A stretch of 64,000 nt of DNA from an uncultured Pseudomonadota bacterium (GTDB taxonomy: Bacteria; Babelota; Babeliae; Babelales; JAUPTZ01), in the NCBI GenBank assembly GCA_964429275.1, contig CAYSBJ010000001.1, positions 451,776 through 515,775 on the forward strand. The letters are read 5' to 3'. Every line of letters starts with the position of its first letter. The stretch's first letter is position 1. This document shows, piece by piece, positions 17,728 to 32,700 of this stretch. The notes beneath the pieces were generated by a model, which saw nothing but the letters and a program-made list of their open reading frames with translations, was not told the origin of the DNA and did no database searches. The translations under genes were made by a program, and so were the position numbers.

Positions 17728-20700
17728 TTATTGTGCGAGGCGTTGTATTGGTTTGGCGCTATAAAATCGTGAGACGGGTGCTGAGGCATTCACTGCTGCT
17801 GGTGCGGCAGTAGCAGTCACGCTTGAGCGTGGCAGCGCTACGTTTGTATTATTATAGGCCGACGGCATTTGTACATCATAGTAATTTGTTAAAGACGGAA
17901 TATTCGTTGTCTGGCTTGTTGTAGGAGTGCTTGTAACGTCTTGGAGTTCTCGCGCTGCGGTTGTCATGGCCGACTGTTCATCCGGTTGGGTATTTGGTGA
18001 CTGATTCGCTTGATTAAGTGTGGTAATTAGCGTTTGGATGAGCTGAGTAAATGCAGGTTGTGCAAGCGTCGTTGCAGGTAATCCGCTGAGGTCGGTGCTG
18101 AACTGGCTGAGCATTGTGAAGAACTGTTTTCGTTGTCCGTTGGTAATTGGTTTACCAAGCATAGCCATGGTGTTTTGTGTAAAGTAGGTAATACGTGTTG
18201 CTGGATCAACCGGCGTGTTGAGTAAGTTGCTCAATTGTGTGAGCGTACTTACAAGGTCAGGACGTGTTGAGAAAGTTGGTGCGGATTTAACTAATGCTAC
18301 AAGGCTGTAAAGAGCTGATTGTGTATTTGGAACAAGTGGGCGTAGCGCAACTTGTGTTGTCAACTCACTTAAGAATGCATTGTAGTCACTAGGGGTCATG
18401 GTCATAATGCCGGCAGATAGATCATTAATCATCTGTGTCAAACTATTGTACTCTGCTTGTTGTGTTGGTTCTGCTTGTGCAGCGCTTAGTCGATAACTAA
18501 AGCTATTGGCTCTTGTTTCTGCTGCGGCATGCTGTATGAGCAGCTGGTTCATTTGTGCTTGCTGATCTGGCGTGAAGTTGCCACTCTTAATAGGGTTAAT
18601 AACTTGATTTTTGAGTGTCGAGAGAAGAGCTGGGGTCATTGTGCCCGGAGCGCTAAAAATACTTGATACCATCGTTATGAATTGCGCTTTAGCTGGGTCG
18701 CCAACAGGAGCGCTATTTATTTGTGGGAAATTTTCAACGTATTTAGCAACTCGCTGCGCAAATGTAGGTTGAATGACGACGTTGTTATACAGTGACGTTA
18801 GCGTGCTTTGGAATGAGGCGAATCCTGTTACGTACTGCAAGCTCTGCAACATCGTTTGAACCTGCGTCAGTTGCGCTGGGCTTAATAGCTCGTTGTTGGT
18901 TACAATGTTTGTAAGCATGGTAACAAGAGTTTGATAATCATTTCCATTGAGTTTTGTGATGCCACCAGTGATTTGGCCAACGATAGTATTCATACCAGTA
19001 ATGAGTGCTGCGACAGGATCCTGTCCTGTTGTATTTGCAGCAGTTTTAACCATTGCAGCGAGTTGTGTGAGGTTATAGGTTAATGAGACGGCCTGCTGTT
19101 GCACTGAGGCTACAAATTGATTCAAGGTGTTGATTGTTGTCTGCTCGGTAGCACTAATCGGTGCAGTTTGGATAGGTGCTAAGAGGTTTGTTACCAGGTT
19201 TTGTACGTCAGTTAATATACCACTGCCACTCAAGTTTGGAAGATACTGCATATCAATGAAGAATTGGATGCGATTTGGATCGGTGCTGTCAAGCTGCATA
19301 ATGCTGCTCAGCTTGCTTATGTTAAGCGCTACACGTTGGCCAAAGGTTGGCGGTGTCGTTAGCAGCGCATTCAGTGCTGTCAGCTGGTTTTGGTAGCTCG
19401 CAAAACCATTGCTATAGTACGTATAGTTTAGGGCTGTTTTAAGATTTGTTATATCGGTAGCGCTCATTGCATCTTGATGGTCAGTTACTGCCGTTAACCC
19501 CATGATGAATGTTGCATAGTCTTGGGTATTAAAGGACATTTGGTTTTGGCGTTTGAGCGTAATAATGTTCAATAAGGCGCTGACATACGCACTCAGATTG
19601 TTGGCGTTCATTAACAACTGCGCTTGTTGGTAGTTATACGCAAACGTTTGCTGTGCTGCTAAAATGGTACTCATATTCGCCGCCATTTGTGCCGCAATAG
19701 TGTTAACTGTCTGCATTTGTGCAGTTGGCATCGTAGTCATACTTTGTAGCTGTTGGATTATTGCTTGCAAATTATTAAAGTCGGCCGTAGTTGATGGTCC
19801 TGTGGCTTTTAGGATAAGGCCAAGGCGCGCAATCAAACGCGCAATACGGTTTCCAGCAGGGTTCGCATTACCAGCTCGTAAGGCTTTTATTTCTTGCGAG
19901 GCATAATTTAATCGATCTTGAAAGAGGTACGGAGTGTTAAGTGTTGTTTGGATCGTTTGCAGTTGAGTGACAGAAGTGCTGCTGAACTTGCCAAGGAATA
20001 GAATGTTGCTAATCAGTTGTCGTGTCGCTTGTAGCTGTTCACTGCTTAGCAATTCGCGGCAAGCACAAATATAGGCAAATGCTCCCACGGCTGTTGTCTC
20101 ATCATTGGCTGAGAAAACCAATGGCGCGTCTTTTTGTTGCATGATGCTTGCTACGGTTGTAGCGTATGCGCTGAGGTCAAGATTGCCGTCATCGGCCATT
20201 TGTAGGAGGTAGCTAACCGATTGTGCTTTTTGGTTGGCATTTGCGACAAAAGACTCCATATTTTTGAGAATATTTTGTTCAGAAGTGCTTGGATTTGCAG
20301 AATTTAATGGGGTAAGCAGTCCAGTAGTTATTTGTGTTGCGAGTGTTGGTGGGACTTGGTCAGAAGATTGTGTCATGTTGTTTAATTGTTTGAAGAACAT
20401 GACGCGTGCTTGATCAGTTGATGGTAAAAAGATTATTGAAGGTACTTTTGCTACATATTTTGGTACCAATTGCATGAGTGGTATTGGTGTAGCTAGTTGT
20501 TGTAATAATTGTGTTAGCGTTGCTTGACTGCTCTTGTCTTGATAGACAGGGCTTGCTAGGCAGTATGTAAAGAGGGTATTTGTCGTTGCGATTTGTTTGG
20601 TGCTTAGTATATCACGGTTATTCACGAGAGCTTGGAGTGCTCCGAGTAGGGTTTGAGCATCATTTCCGCTAAAAGTGAGTGAGCCGTTATATTGTTGCAC

Positions 20701-23700
20701 TAAGATGTTTGTAAGCATGCCCAGATAAGTGTCGGTGTTGGCTATTTGTGCTTGGCTGAGATCAAATTGATATTGGAAAGTTGTTTGGTTCAATAAGACT
20801 TGCGATTTCAGGGCTAAGAATTGGGCACTGAGGGATTGCAGTTGATTTTGTTGATCAGGGCTGAGACGCGTTAAGCTGCCGAGCGGTGTTAATACTTGTG
20901 ATTGCAAGATGTTGAATTGTTGGTCGCTTGTGTTCACCTGAGATGCTGTTAATAGTAGGTTGAGTTTTGTAAAAAAACGTACCAACATTGGGTCTGTGGA
21001 TACGGGATCCCGGCTTACCAGCATTTGTACCTCAGTGGCCATCCATGTAACGCGATCATTAAAATAAGATGGCTGTGTAATCAGAGGGACAAGTTGCGCT
21101 AGTGTTGTTGATTGATCAGTGAAATTTGCGTTTGCTAGGGTAGTAGTCACCAGCGTCTGTGTTTTTGTAAGACCATTGCTGTCAAGTAGTTCTCGACTAT
21201 TTACTATGTAGGCTACTTGGCTAGCGAATGTTGCATAGTCATCTGGAGTGAAAATAAAGAATGAACCTTGTCGCGTGATCATATCTTGTAAGCCATCGAT
21301 GTATTGGTTGATGTCGTCTAAGCCAAGTAACGCGTTCATTTGATAACTAGCTGATCTAATGTTTGCCTGTGCTGTTGTATAAAATTTTTGCAACGCGGCT
21401 ATGGTTGTTTTTTCGGTTGAGCTGAGCGGGCTTGAAGCGAGTGGGGTAATGATATTTGTTTGTAGGGCATTTAGAGTGGTTGTGCTTTGATTGCCTGGCG
21501 CGTTTGGTAATGCGTCAAGGCAAGTAAAGAAAGCGATTCTTTCTGGATTAATAGGTTGTAGTTTTAACATTGCTTTTACTTGTCCGCTGTATTTAGTTAC
21601 GCGATCGGCAAATGGGATAGGATTTGCAGCCGTTGTAAGAAGTTGTTGCAATGTGTTTTGCGCGACTGTGTTGCTATATATATCTGAGTATAGTGCAAAA
21701 TTTATTGTTGTTGATAGAGTATTGAGGTCATTCGTACTTAGGTTGTCACGTGTTTTTACTACGTTTGCTAATGCGGTCAGGAAAGTTTGCGCATCGCCGC
21801 TGGCAAAAGTAATGGTTCCTTGTCGCTGTCCACTTATGATGCCTTGTAACATACTTACATATGTGCTTGGGTTTGTGACTTGCAGTTGAGCAAGGCTGTA
21901 TTGATATGCAAAGGTTGCTTGCTGGGCAATGATAGCAGCTTGGTTAGATTGAATATTATTGCTAATTGTTTGTATTTGCTGCGCCATGCCAGCAGTAACG
22001 ATGGTGTTAGGATTATTTGTAATCAAGGCAAGGAGAGGGGTGATCACGTTCGTTTGTAGCGAATTAAAGAGTGCGGGAGTCATTGCGCCCGTGGCGTTTA
22101 AAATAATGCCGAGTTTGGTAATCAGATTGCTATATGTTATTGGTATGCTTGGATCGCTTGGATTTTTTTGTTGTGTTGTGGCGAGTGCTGTTACTTCAGA
22201 TTGCATATACGCAACACGATCGCTAAAAATATGATCGGTTGGCGCAGTAGCAATCATGGAAGTGAGCGTATTTTGGAATGAGGCGAAGGCAGCTGCTTGG
22301 TAGGTACTATTTAACAGAGTCATAAACTGCTGCATAAGCGCTGATTGACTAGTTTTTGCTGCTCCGCTTGTGCTTGCAGATGTTGTAGGGGTAGCGGTGA
22401 CGTTTGCTGGAGCAGTTATTGGAGTGAGACTGCTTGCTTGCAAGACTTCTCGGTTATTAAGCAGAATTGCTAAGCAATTCATAAATGTAGCATAGTCAGC
22501 AGCGGCAAAAAGTGTTGAGATCCCTTGGTTGGCGAGCATACTTTGTAGGGTAGAGATGTATACTCCCCAGTCGCTTATTAATGGCATTAATCCCAACTGG
22601 TAGCCTGCAGCTTTTGCATTGGCTACAAATTGTTGTAGGTTTGTAATGACAGCTTGCTCGTCCGGCGATAGCGGTGTTTGGCTGAGCGGTGTAACAACAT
22701 TACTGTTCAGAGCGCTGAGGTCGCTTGATTGTACGGTAAGCGTTGTTCTTGGCAGCATTGAGAGATATTGGAAGTATGACTGACGCGCAGCAGAAGTGCT
22801 TGGCTGTAAAATCATGTCTTGGGTTACAGTACTTACCTTGGCGACTTGCGACGCGAAGGTAAATGGGGTATTTACCAGTGTTATGAGCGAAGCAATTGTT
22901 GCAGGGGTATTTGGCAAGAGAGCTGCGATTATGTCGTCTGCAGAAGCCGGAACTGAAGGAGTTGCGGTAGTTGACGTAGATGCAGTTGATAAAGTGTTAA
23001 GTGCTGAGTTTGTGTTGGCCAGCTGCAATGCTTGTACTAAAATCTTTATTCCGTTGCTGCTTAACTCATCTCGGTTGACGGTAATGAGGTAGAGTAAATT
23101 TAGAATATTTTGATATTGTGATTGAGTTAATGGCGCAATGGCAGCGGAATTTATAGTACCATTGCGTTGTGCGGTGAGCAGTGCTTGCAGCGCAGTTATT
23201 TGAGCATCTCTTGTTCCTTGTAAAGTTATTGGTACCATTACTTTGAGTAAGGCGATCATGTTAACTGGATCTTGAATGTTTGCTAGGATTGTTGCGGCAG
23301 CGTTGCTTGAGTAGTAGTTGCTGCAGAGTGCGCGTATTTGTCCCAAAATAGCAAATTCATTAGGGCTTACGGGCGTTTTCTGGAGTGGCGCTATAACATT
23401 GTTAAGCATGTTTGTTATGTCTGATGGCTGCATCGCCGTTGTTGAGTTAGTAATATTTGATAAGTATTGGAAGTACGCTTGGCGACTTGGGTCATTGCTT
23501 GGCAGGGCCTGAATTGTTGGGAGCGGTGCAAGTAGTTTTGCGATTTGCGCGCTAAATATGATTGGAGTATTGGCAAGTGTTGTGATAGCACTAATTGAAG
23601 CTGGTGACGTTGGCATAAGCGAGGCTATTATTTGTGCCGCGGTTGCTTGTGTCTTGCTGTCTGTTGGGAGTGGCGTATTTGGGGTAGTGCTTAGATTTCT

Positions 23701-26700
23701 AAATCCATTGTTTATTGCTGCTAATTGCAAAACAGCCAACAAATTTTGTGTTCCGGTGCTGCTTAATTCATCACGGTTAAGGGTGATAAGGTAGAGGATG
23801 TTTAAGATTGCCTGGTACTGCGCTGCGCTCAGTGGTGCCACTTGAGGAGTAGAGGTCGACAGCACAGTGGTTGACGAAGCTGCATTACGTTGAACATTTA
23901 GAAGGTTTTGAAGAGCTGCGATTTGTTGATCTCGCGTGCCTTGTAATGTTGCTGGTGCTAATGTGTAAAGAAGTGCAAGCATGCTTGCAGGGTCTTGTGT
24001 GTTTTTTAGTATTGCACTGTTGGCATCATTTACATCGTTACATATGGACAGCAGGCTTGCCAGCGTGGCAGCTTCAGCAGAGCTAGGGGCTCCTTTTTGC
24101 AGCGGGATGATAATGTTGTTCGCAAGGTTTGATAGGTCGGCAGGGAGCATGCTTATAGTATCATTTGTTGCAGCCTCTATGATGGTATTTAGGTATTGGA
24201 AGTAGGCCTGGCGGCTTGGATTATCACTTGGCAATGTTTGAATTGTAGTGAGCGGCGCAAGCAGCTTTGTAACTTGCGCATCAAACGTAATCGGCGTGTT
24301 AGCAAGCGCCGTAATTGCGCTGAGTGATGCCGGTGATTTTGGCATAAGCGAGGCCACTATCTGTGTAGCTGTTGGTTGAGTTTTGCTGGCTGTGGAAAGA
24401 GGGACATTGAGGCTAGTAGTAAGGGTTGATAATCCAGCGTTGGTGCTGGCGAGCTGTAAAGTAGTAAGGAGGGTCTTCATGCCGGCATTGCTCAATTCAT
24501 CACGATTAAGAGTGATGAGGTAGAGGATATTCATAATCGCCTGATATTGTGTTGTTGTAAGCGGTGTTACTGCTGGAGCAGAAGCAGATAGAGCAGTGGT
24601 TGACGAAGCTGCATTGCGTTGAACAATCAGAAGGTTTTGAAGAGCTGCGACTTGTTGATCACGCGTACCTTGTAGCGTGGCTGGTGCCAATGTGTAAAGG
24701 AGCGCAAGCATACTTGCAGGGTCTTGTGTGTTGTTCAGTACTGCACTGTTTGCATCGTTGACGTTGTTGCATATCGTTAGCAAGTTTGCCAGCGTAGTTG
24801 CTTCGGCGGAGCTTGGGGCTCCTTTTTGTAGAGGAATGATAACGTTGTTTGCAAGGTTTGATAGGTCGGTAGGGAGCATGCTTATAGTATTATTTGTTGC
24901 AGCCTCTATGATGGTATTTAAGTATTGGAAGTATGCCTGGCGACTTGGATCAGTACTTGGTAGTGCTTGAACTGTCGTTAGCGAGGTAAGCAGCTTTGTA
25001 ACCTGTGCGCTAAATAGAATTGGTGTGTTCGCAAGTGCAGTAATTGTGCTGAGCGATGCTGGTGATGTTGGCATAACTGCGGCGATCATTTGTGTAGCTG
25101 TTGGCCTTGTTTTGCTGTTTGTTGGAAGAGGGACGTTTTGACTGGTAGTAAGGTTGATAAGTTCACTGTTGGTGGCAGCAAGTTGTAAAGCAGTTAGTAA
25201 ATTCTGCATGCCCGTGCTACTCAATTCATCACGGTTTAGTGCGATGAGATAGAGAATATTAAGGATTATTTGGTAGTGGGCTCCCGTAAGAGCTGGTATA
25301 GCCGGAGAGGAAGCGGACAATGTTGCTACTGATGAAGTAGCATTTCGTTGAGCGGCGAGAAGTCCTTGGATAGCGTTAATTTGCTGATCACGTGTGCCTT
25401 GTATCGTAAGTGGCGCCATTGTGCTAAGAAGTGCGAGCATGTTGACCGGATCTTGAGTGTTTCGAAGTATTGTGTTGTAGGCGTCGTTTACATTGTTACA
25501 GATGGTCAGAAGGTCTGACAATATAGTTGCTTCTGAGCTAGTGGTCACTCCCTTTTGTAAAGGAATAACGACATTGCTTGCAAGGCTTGCAAGATCTGAG
25601 GGCTGCATGCTTATAGTGCCTTCATTTGCCGCCGTTATGATAGCACTCAAGTATTGAAAGTACGCTTGACGTGTTGCATTAGTGTCGGCGAGAGTCAGGA
25701 TAGTGCTCAAAGCGGTGGTTAGCTTTGTTACTTCGGTACTAAACAGCAGTGGTGTATTTGCAAGCGCCGTGATGTCAGCAATGCGTGCTGGCGTTGGAGG
25801 TAGGAGGGTAGACAGAATATCATCGCTTGAAATAGGGCTTGCTGCGAGCGTTCCGAGGTTGCTCATAGCTGCGTTAGCACTGGCAAGTTGTAAGGTAAAG
25901 AGCAAACTTTGCATGCCAGCAGCGCTTAGCTCGTCACGATTTTGCGTGATAACGTATAACAGGTTAACTATTGTTTGGCATTGCGCTCCGGTTAGTGGAG
26001 TAACAGGATTTGAGAGACTTCCATTACGCTGTGCTATTAAGAGCGCTTGCAAGGCGTTTATTTGTGCATCGCGTGTTCCTTGTAAAACTTGCGGCGTTAT
26101 AATGCGGAGCAGAGCAAGCATCTCTATTGGATTGCCGGTATTGGTCAAAATCTTAGCATAGCTTGCGTTAAGGTTTGCGCTCATTGTGTTTATTTGTCCA
26201 AGCACTGAAATTTCGCTTTGGGATAAAGCTGTTTTTTGTAATGGCGCCACAATAACATTAAGCAGCGTTGCAATATCAGCAGCTTGCATAACCATAGTAG
26301 CTCCGGCAAGATTACTTAAGTATTGGAAGTAGGCTGCGCGTCTTTGATCGGTGCTGGATAGGGAGATGATATTTGGAAGTAGTTCACGTAGTTTGGTAAC
26401 GCAGTCATGGAAGCTTGGGGGTGTAGTGGCAAGTGTTGTAATACTATCCAGTCCGTATTGTACGGCGGGCATGAGTGACAATATTACTTGGCCACTAGTT
26501 GCTGTGGCTGTCGTAGTGCCATTTGGCAGGGCAAGAGGGAGACTCGTTTTGCTGTTCATTAGGCCATTTATGCTTCCTGCCAGTTGTAAGGTGAACGTAA
26601 GTTGTTGCATGCCGGTTTCAGTGAGCTCATCCCGATTTTGGCTGATGAGGTATAACAGATTAATGATTGCTTGGTACTGTGTTTGTGTTACAGGAGGTCC

Positions 26701-29700
26701 TGGGTTAATGCTTGTTCCATTGCGTACTGCGGCAAGCAGGGTTTGAATTGCTGCTATTTGAGCATCGCGGCTATTAAGGATAGGGCTGATCGCTAGGCTT
26801 TCTATGGTGGCTATCAAATTTGCGGGAGATTGCACGTTAGCGAGTGCTTTACTATTTATTGTTGATGGATTATTTATGAGGTTTATAAATGTAGTTATGA
26901 TAGAAGATTCAGTGTTTGTGAGTGTGCTATTTTGAAGGGGGACCAAGACTTTGGTATTCAAAATTCCCAGGCTTGTTTGATCCATTATTGCAGATGTATT
27001 GCCTACCATTCCGAGATATTTGAAGAATTGTTGACGACGTGCATCGTTACTTGGATAAGTGATGACACTTCTCATTTGACTAACAAGTTTTTCTACTTGG
27101 CTTGAGAAAGGTACTGATATGCCGAGCGCGGTTGTCAAATCATATGAAGTAGGAACACTTTGGCCAGGAAGTATTGAATCTGTTGTTATAGCTGGCGTTA
27201 ATGGGGTGAGACTAATTGCTGCAGGGGAGGACGGCGCAGGAACTTGATAAAAAATGTTTGGTATAGCAGCGGTATTATTGTTTGCGTTCGCTGGTATTCC
27301 CGTATCAGAGATAGTCAGGTTGCTGAGTCCTGGCGTTGCGGCTGCGATTTGCAGAGTAGTGCGCAAGTTTTGTAAGCTTGGTGCATCAAGTGCATCTCGA
27401 TTACACACGATGGAGTATAAGAGTGTTAAGATGTCAGTGCATTGTGCTCTGCTGAGCGGAGTTACGGGTGATGTAGGCGTTGCAGTTGCGGCAGCGGTGC
27501 GTTGCGCGGTTAGCAAAGTTTGTAGAGCAGTTACTTGCTCGCATGGGTCAGTCAAAGTTGGTACCAGCGCCAGAATAGTTGATGGATCCTGCGTGTTCTT
27601 TAAGATTTGTTCTATGTTATTAGCGTTTGCAGCGAGGAATGCTGCGAGATTACTAATAACTGCTGATTCAGTAAGGATGCCGGTCGCTACTGCTGTTGTC
27701 GCGAGGGGGATCCCTTGAAGTGGGGTCACTACTTTTGTGTTTAAAGTTGTAACATCAGCTGGCAGCATACTTGCAGTGGATGTTGGAATCAGGCTTAATG
27801 TTTGGAAGAAGCTCATTCGTTTTTGATCGTTTGTAGATGCGACGGCAATAACTGATTGTTGTGCAACCAATTTAGCGACTTGGTAGCTGAAATTGACTGG
27901 TGTATTTGCAAGGGCAACTAAGTCAGGAATGCCAGGTAGCGCTGCGATACTTGCTATAGCTCCTGATGCAAGCGTAACGGTTGGGGAGGTCGCAATGGTG
28001 CTGGTCGCAGCTATGTTTGTGGTGCTTGCAACTACGCTATTGAAAGTGTTTGCATCTACCGTAATGCCTTTGAAGAACGGTAACGCTTGTGTGAGCTGAA
28101 GAGCTAAGAGAAGGCTCTTTTGTCCCGCATTAGTTAACTCATCGCGGTTGTATGCGATAACAAAAAGCCAATTCATTATTTGCTGTACTTGTGATGCTTG
28201 TCCGGCGGCTGCAGTGGTAGACAGTGGTGTGACAGGGTTGCTTATGGATGGGTTTGCTAAGGCATTATATTGTGCTGCGAGTAAACCTTCTAAGCTGCTG
28301 ATTTGCATGTTTCGATCGGCAATTGACGGCATAAGTGCTAGGATTGATGCTGGATCTTGCGTGTTTGAAAGTATGCCACTTGGTTTATTTAATGTGTTGA
28401 GTGACGCAATTATTTTTTGTTCTGCAGGCGTTAAAAAGGTTCCAAATGGGATGAGTGCAGGGGTCAACTGCTGGATGCCAAGAAGTACGCTTGGTATAGT
28501 TGTTTGTCCTGCAGGTGCGGGCATATTCAACGCACTGTTTGGTAAGGAGGACAACAGAGCAATCTTATACATCAGCAGAATGCGCCGCGGGTCTGTTGCT
28601 GCTAACGGTGTCGGTATCCCAGCAGGAGCGGCAGTAGTTGGGACGAGATTAACTTTTGTTGGATTAAATACCGCATTTATTTGGCTTTGCTTAGCCGGCA
28701 CTCCCGATTGTTCAGGAATGTCGGTGTAGTATCTATAGATGACTGCAGGCCAATTGAGTTTTCCTGTCATTGTTGCAATACAGGAGGTGAGTACTGATGA
28801 CGCTTGCCCGTTTACTTGTAACAACGGCTCAGGTAGTGCCGTAGTTAACACGTCTGCAATCGTCGTGCGATCTGCGTCGGTGAATACTTCAGCGTTATCG
28901 TTCAGTACTTGTACAACATTTGATAAGAAGAAACTTGCGCTTTGTGCATCGGCAACATGAAGCCGCTGGGCAACAACACTTGTCAGCTCCGTAACAACAG
29001 TTGACGGCGTTGTTGCTAGCGTTGTCAGTAATCGCGCAAAAGTTCCTTGTACGGTATCCAGCGATTGTGCACCTAATGTGGCAATATTGGTTAATAAAAG
29101 GGTGTTATTTGTCGAGGTAAAAGAGAATTGCGAAATACCAGTTATTGGAGATGAATCGGCAAATGTCCAGACGACTTGTTGCGCGGGCTGAGGTGTAGCA
29201 GTTGTTCCTGCCGGAGCAATACTTAAGCGCATGAGACCATGGTCAAAGCTTAACGTGCATGCATGCGGCTTGTTGTCGCTGATATTTGCAGAACACGGTG
29301 TAGTATTTAGGGCAGTTGGTGTAAATGGCGAGGTTCCATCAGGGTTTTGTCGGCTGTATAAAACATTGCCAAGCCTTGTGGTAAAGTTTGGTGCCTTCAT
29401 AACTGAAACTTGTTGCGTATAATCTATAGATATAACATAGGAAGCCCCATTAAATGGTGCTGATCCAGTTGCAGTGGAAGCCGCACCAGTTGAAGTAGTC
29501 AAACCGATAATGGCTACTGGCTGATTACTTTGGCTACCTGTTGGAGCTTGTGCTTGGAGGGTAAAGCTTATGGATTCCTCGTCAGGTTGGCCAAATGCCC
29601 AGGATTTTTGCCATATAAATTGACCTGTGCCAGTAGTAGTGTATGTTGTTGGATCGCTAAAGACTCCTGTTTGAATAGCAGAAAAATCTACTCCTGATGA

Positions 29701-32700
29701 GTTACCGCCAAGGCCAAAATATCCTAAGATGATCGGCAGTTTCACGTTAGACTTTTGTGCTGCCATAGTAGTTGTTGGCACTAGTTGGTATGTAAAGATA
29801 GGGCTTGTTCCCTGGGTACTATCAATACCAACTTTAATGGTTGTAACTGTTGTGGCAGATGTTGTGCTCGTTGCCGCAACATTTGTTGTTGTGATCCCTA
29901 CCCAGAGAGTGTGTGCGTTGCCATCAAGCAGTTTTTTGAGCGCAGCAACGTTAGAAATGCTGGATGGATTGTTCGCGACATCCGTTGCAGCCGGCGCAGT
30001 TGCGTTCTGCCCGTTCGTGAGTTGTATTGTTCCAGTATCGGTTAATGTGAGGTAGTACTTTGCACCGCTTAATGGTGTTGTTCCGGCTTGCGATGGAAGA
30101 CTGTCAGAAAGACCAATATAGAGCGTGAGTGGATTGTTATCTTTCTTTTGAACGGTATATGCAAATGAAGTTGATCCTGGCTGGTTAAATTGGAGTTGCT
30201 GATGCCAATACAGCAGATTTGTGTTTACGGATGTTAAGGAAAGAGTCGCGGCACTATTTCCCCACGCTAGCTGTGTAGCGGCTCGCTGTTGAAGCGTTTG
30301 ACCAGTATTTGTAAATGCAGTTGCGTACGGTGAAAACTCTGGTATAGATATATTATTAAATGTAACAGCATTGTTGGCGGCTGAGAGCGTAAACTGTGTA
30401 ATAGGGGGTGTTGTTGCCGCATCGGCGTTTGTAGCAGCTGAGGTAAAGGTGCTGTCTTGCCAGCTCAAAATTAATGATGAGGTATCGAGTGGATTGAGGC
30501 CAGTACCTAGTAAGATAGTTCCATTCTGGAATGCAGTCCAATATTGAGTACCATTGGTTGTGGGCACTTGATTTGGCGCGAGAACAACAACACTGCTTGG
30601 CTGTTTAACAGTTTGCTTGCGTACATAGGCAGTACCATCAACTTCATTAAGAACTATTTCATATACTGGTGATGTAGCTGCGTTAGCGCCATTACTGCAC
30701 AGGCCAATTTGTGCGGTTCCATTGCCTGATGAGGTGGATTTTACTTTTGATGCTCCTGCTCCGCTGTCTGGATCGGCTCCTGAAGAGACGCTGAAATTTA
30801 TGGCTCCAGAGTTTGGAGTATTAAATTGCCACAGCGGTTGAAGCGTTGGGATAGAGCCGGGGTTGGCTCGGTATGATGCTTGATCTGGAATGGATTGGAC
30901 ATTCGTAACCGAAATTTGCATGGTGGGCGACTGTGTTGCCACTATAAATGCATCGATCGAAGGGGCATTTGTGCTTGGTGATGGATCGCTCCATATACTC
31001 ATTAAGTTTTGTCCAATGATAGAACCGTTTCCATATGCTATAGTTCCGTTATTATATGCTACCCATATGCTGTGCGGTGTACTGCTCGTTGGAATAACAG
31101 GTGCCCCTGGAGTTCCATCAGGATTTACCGGAACAGTTGTAGTCATAACGGTGTTAGCCTTAGCTAAAATTTGGTGAGAGGTGTTTCCATTCGTGCCCCA
31201 CTGAATTTGGTAGTCAGGTACAATTGCTTGTTGTTGTACTGCTGCGGCTCCTGGAATATTAGTAGCTTGAGTATTCTTTAACAATTGTTTTGCTGTTGTC
31301 GAGGTAGTGAGGCCAAGCATTAGGAGTGGATTAGGATCGGTTGATGTTGCAGTGTTCACATAATTCAATACAAGGGCTCCGCGGCCTGCCGTTGGGAATA
31401 CTTGTGTCGGTTGCCAGAAAGAGTATTGCCCATTATTGGGAGTTGTCTCAGCAGAGTTGCTTGTTCCAGTTGTAATGGCGAGCGCATAAGAACTTGCTTG
31501 TATATTAATATAATCGGTACTGCGCACATCTCCGGAGAAGCAGTAGTAATAATTGTTAGGTAGCGGTGTTGTTGCATCTGTTGCCGTTGCGCATACGTTT
31601 TTCCCGGGGTAAATGCCCGTACCAAATTGTATGTTGCCGTTGTTCATGGAGATCCAGTAGTCATTATACGTTTCATTGTTGTCAACAATGAGTCCTGGTG
31701 CGGTGACCAACGTAGATGTAGTGAGGGTTCTTGGGGTTAGTGACTTCGAGCCTGGAGCTGGATTACCACCGGACTGATTTGTTATGGGCCCGTTTGCTCC
31801 CTTTTCTATAGTGATGCTTTTGCTACTTGCTCTAATTGCGTAATTGTAGGAAACATCAAAGCCAGCATTATTTGCAGCTCTTGCTGTTGGTGTTGGGGTA
31901 CCAAACGCTACCTGAACGTTGCTTCCGCGCGCCTTGAATGTCAGTGTAAATGAAGTTGGGTTTGGTAATTGCCATGCATCACGCCAGAATAAAAATCTGC
32001 CGCCACAAAATGGTGGGGTGCAAAACTTTTGCGCAGGATTGAGATATCGTGATTGTATGTTCAGTACGCTTGACGGTGTATTTAAGCTTGTAAATGCGAA
32101 ATTTCTTAGGTATGGGGAAAGAGCAAGTGAAGATTTATTGCTGTACATTGTCGTAATGGGACCAGCAGCGTTTGAACCATTTGTGATATCGGCTTCTGAT
32201 TGAGGAGTGCCCGTTCCCATTTTGTATGATATTCCATTTTCTGTTCTGTCAAATGCAAACCACAGTGGTAATTGTTTTCCTGCCACGCCGGGATAAGGAG
32301 CACCAGCAGTATCAAGAGAGGCGCTTACTGGGATTGACTGCATAGTATTGTTATCGTCGTAGTACTTGTATGTTTGAATGCTTCCACCTCGGTAGCGATA
32401 GCAGCCGTCGCAGTTGAAGTCTGGCTGCATAGGGAAACCGGTTTTCTTTGCGCTCAGGGTTATCCCGGTGGTGTTCCAGGCACACATAAATGTGTCAATA
32501 CATTGCGGGTTATCAAACCAACCAGTAGCATTTGTGTGACTATGAATAAGGCGTATGTCTGGACCGATTGCTTCAATTGGCAGAGCAGCGCCAGGGATAT
32601 AGCGTTCGCCTTCTTGTCCGCTCGTAGGTGATATGGTTCCGCCGGCTGGCATCGACAAAGACATATGGCCCCAGCCGAAGCGGTCAGTGGCTAGGATGTG

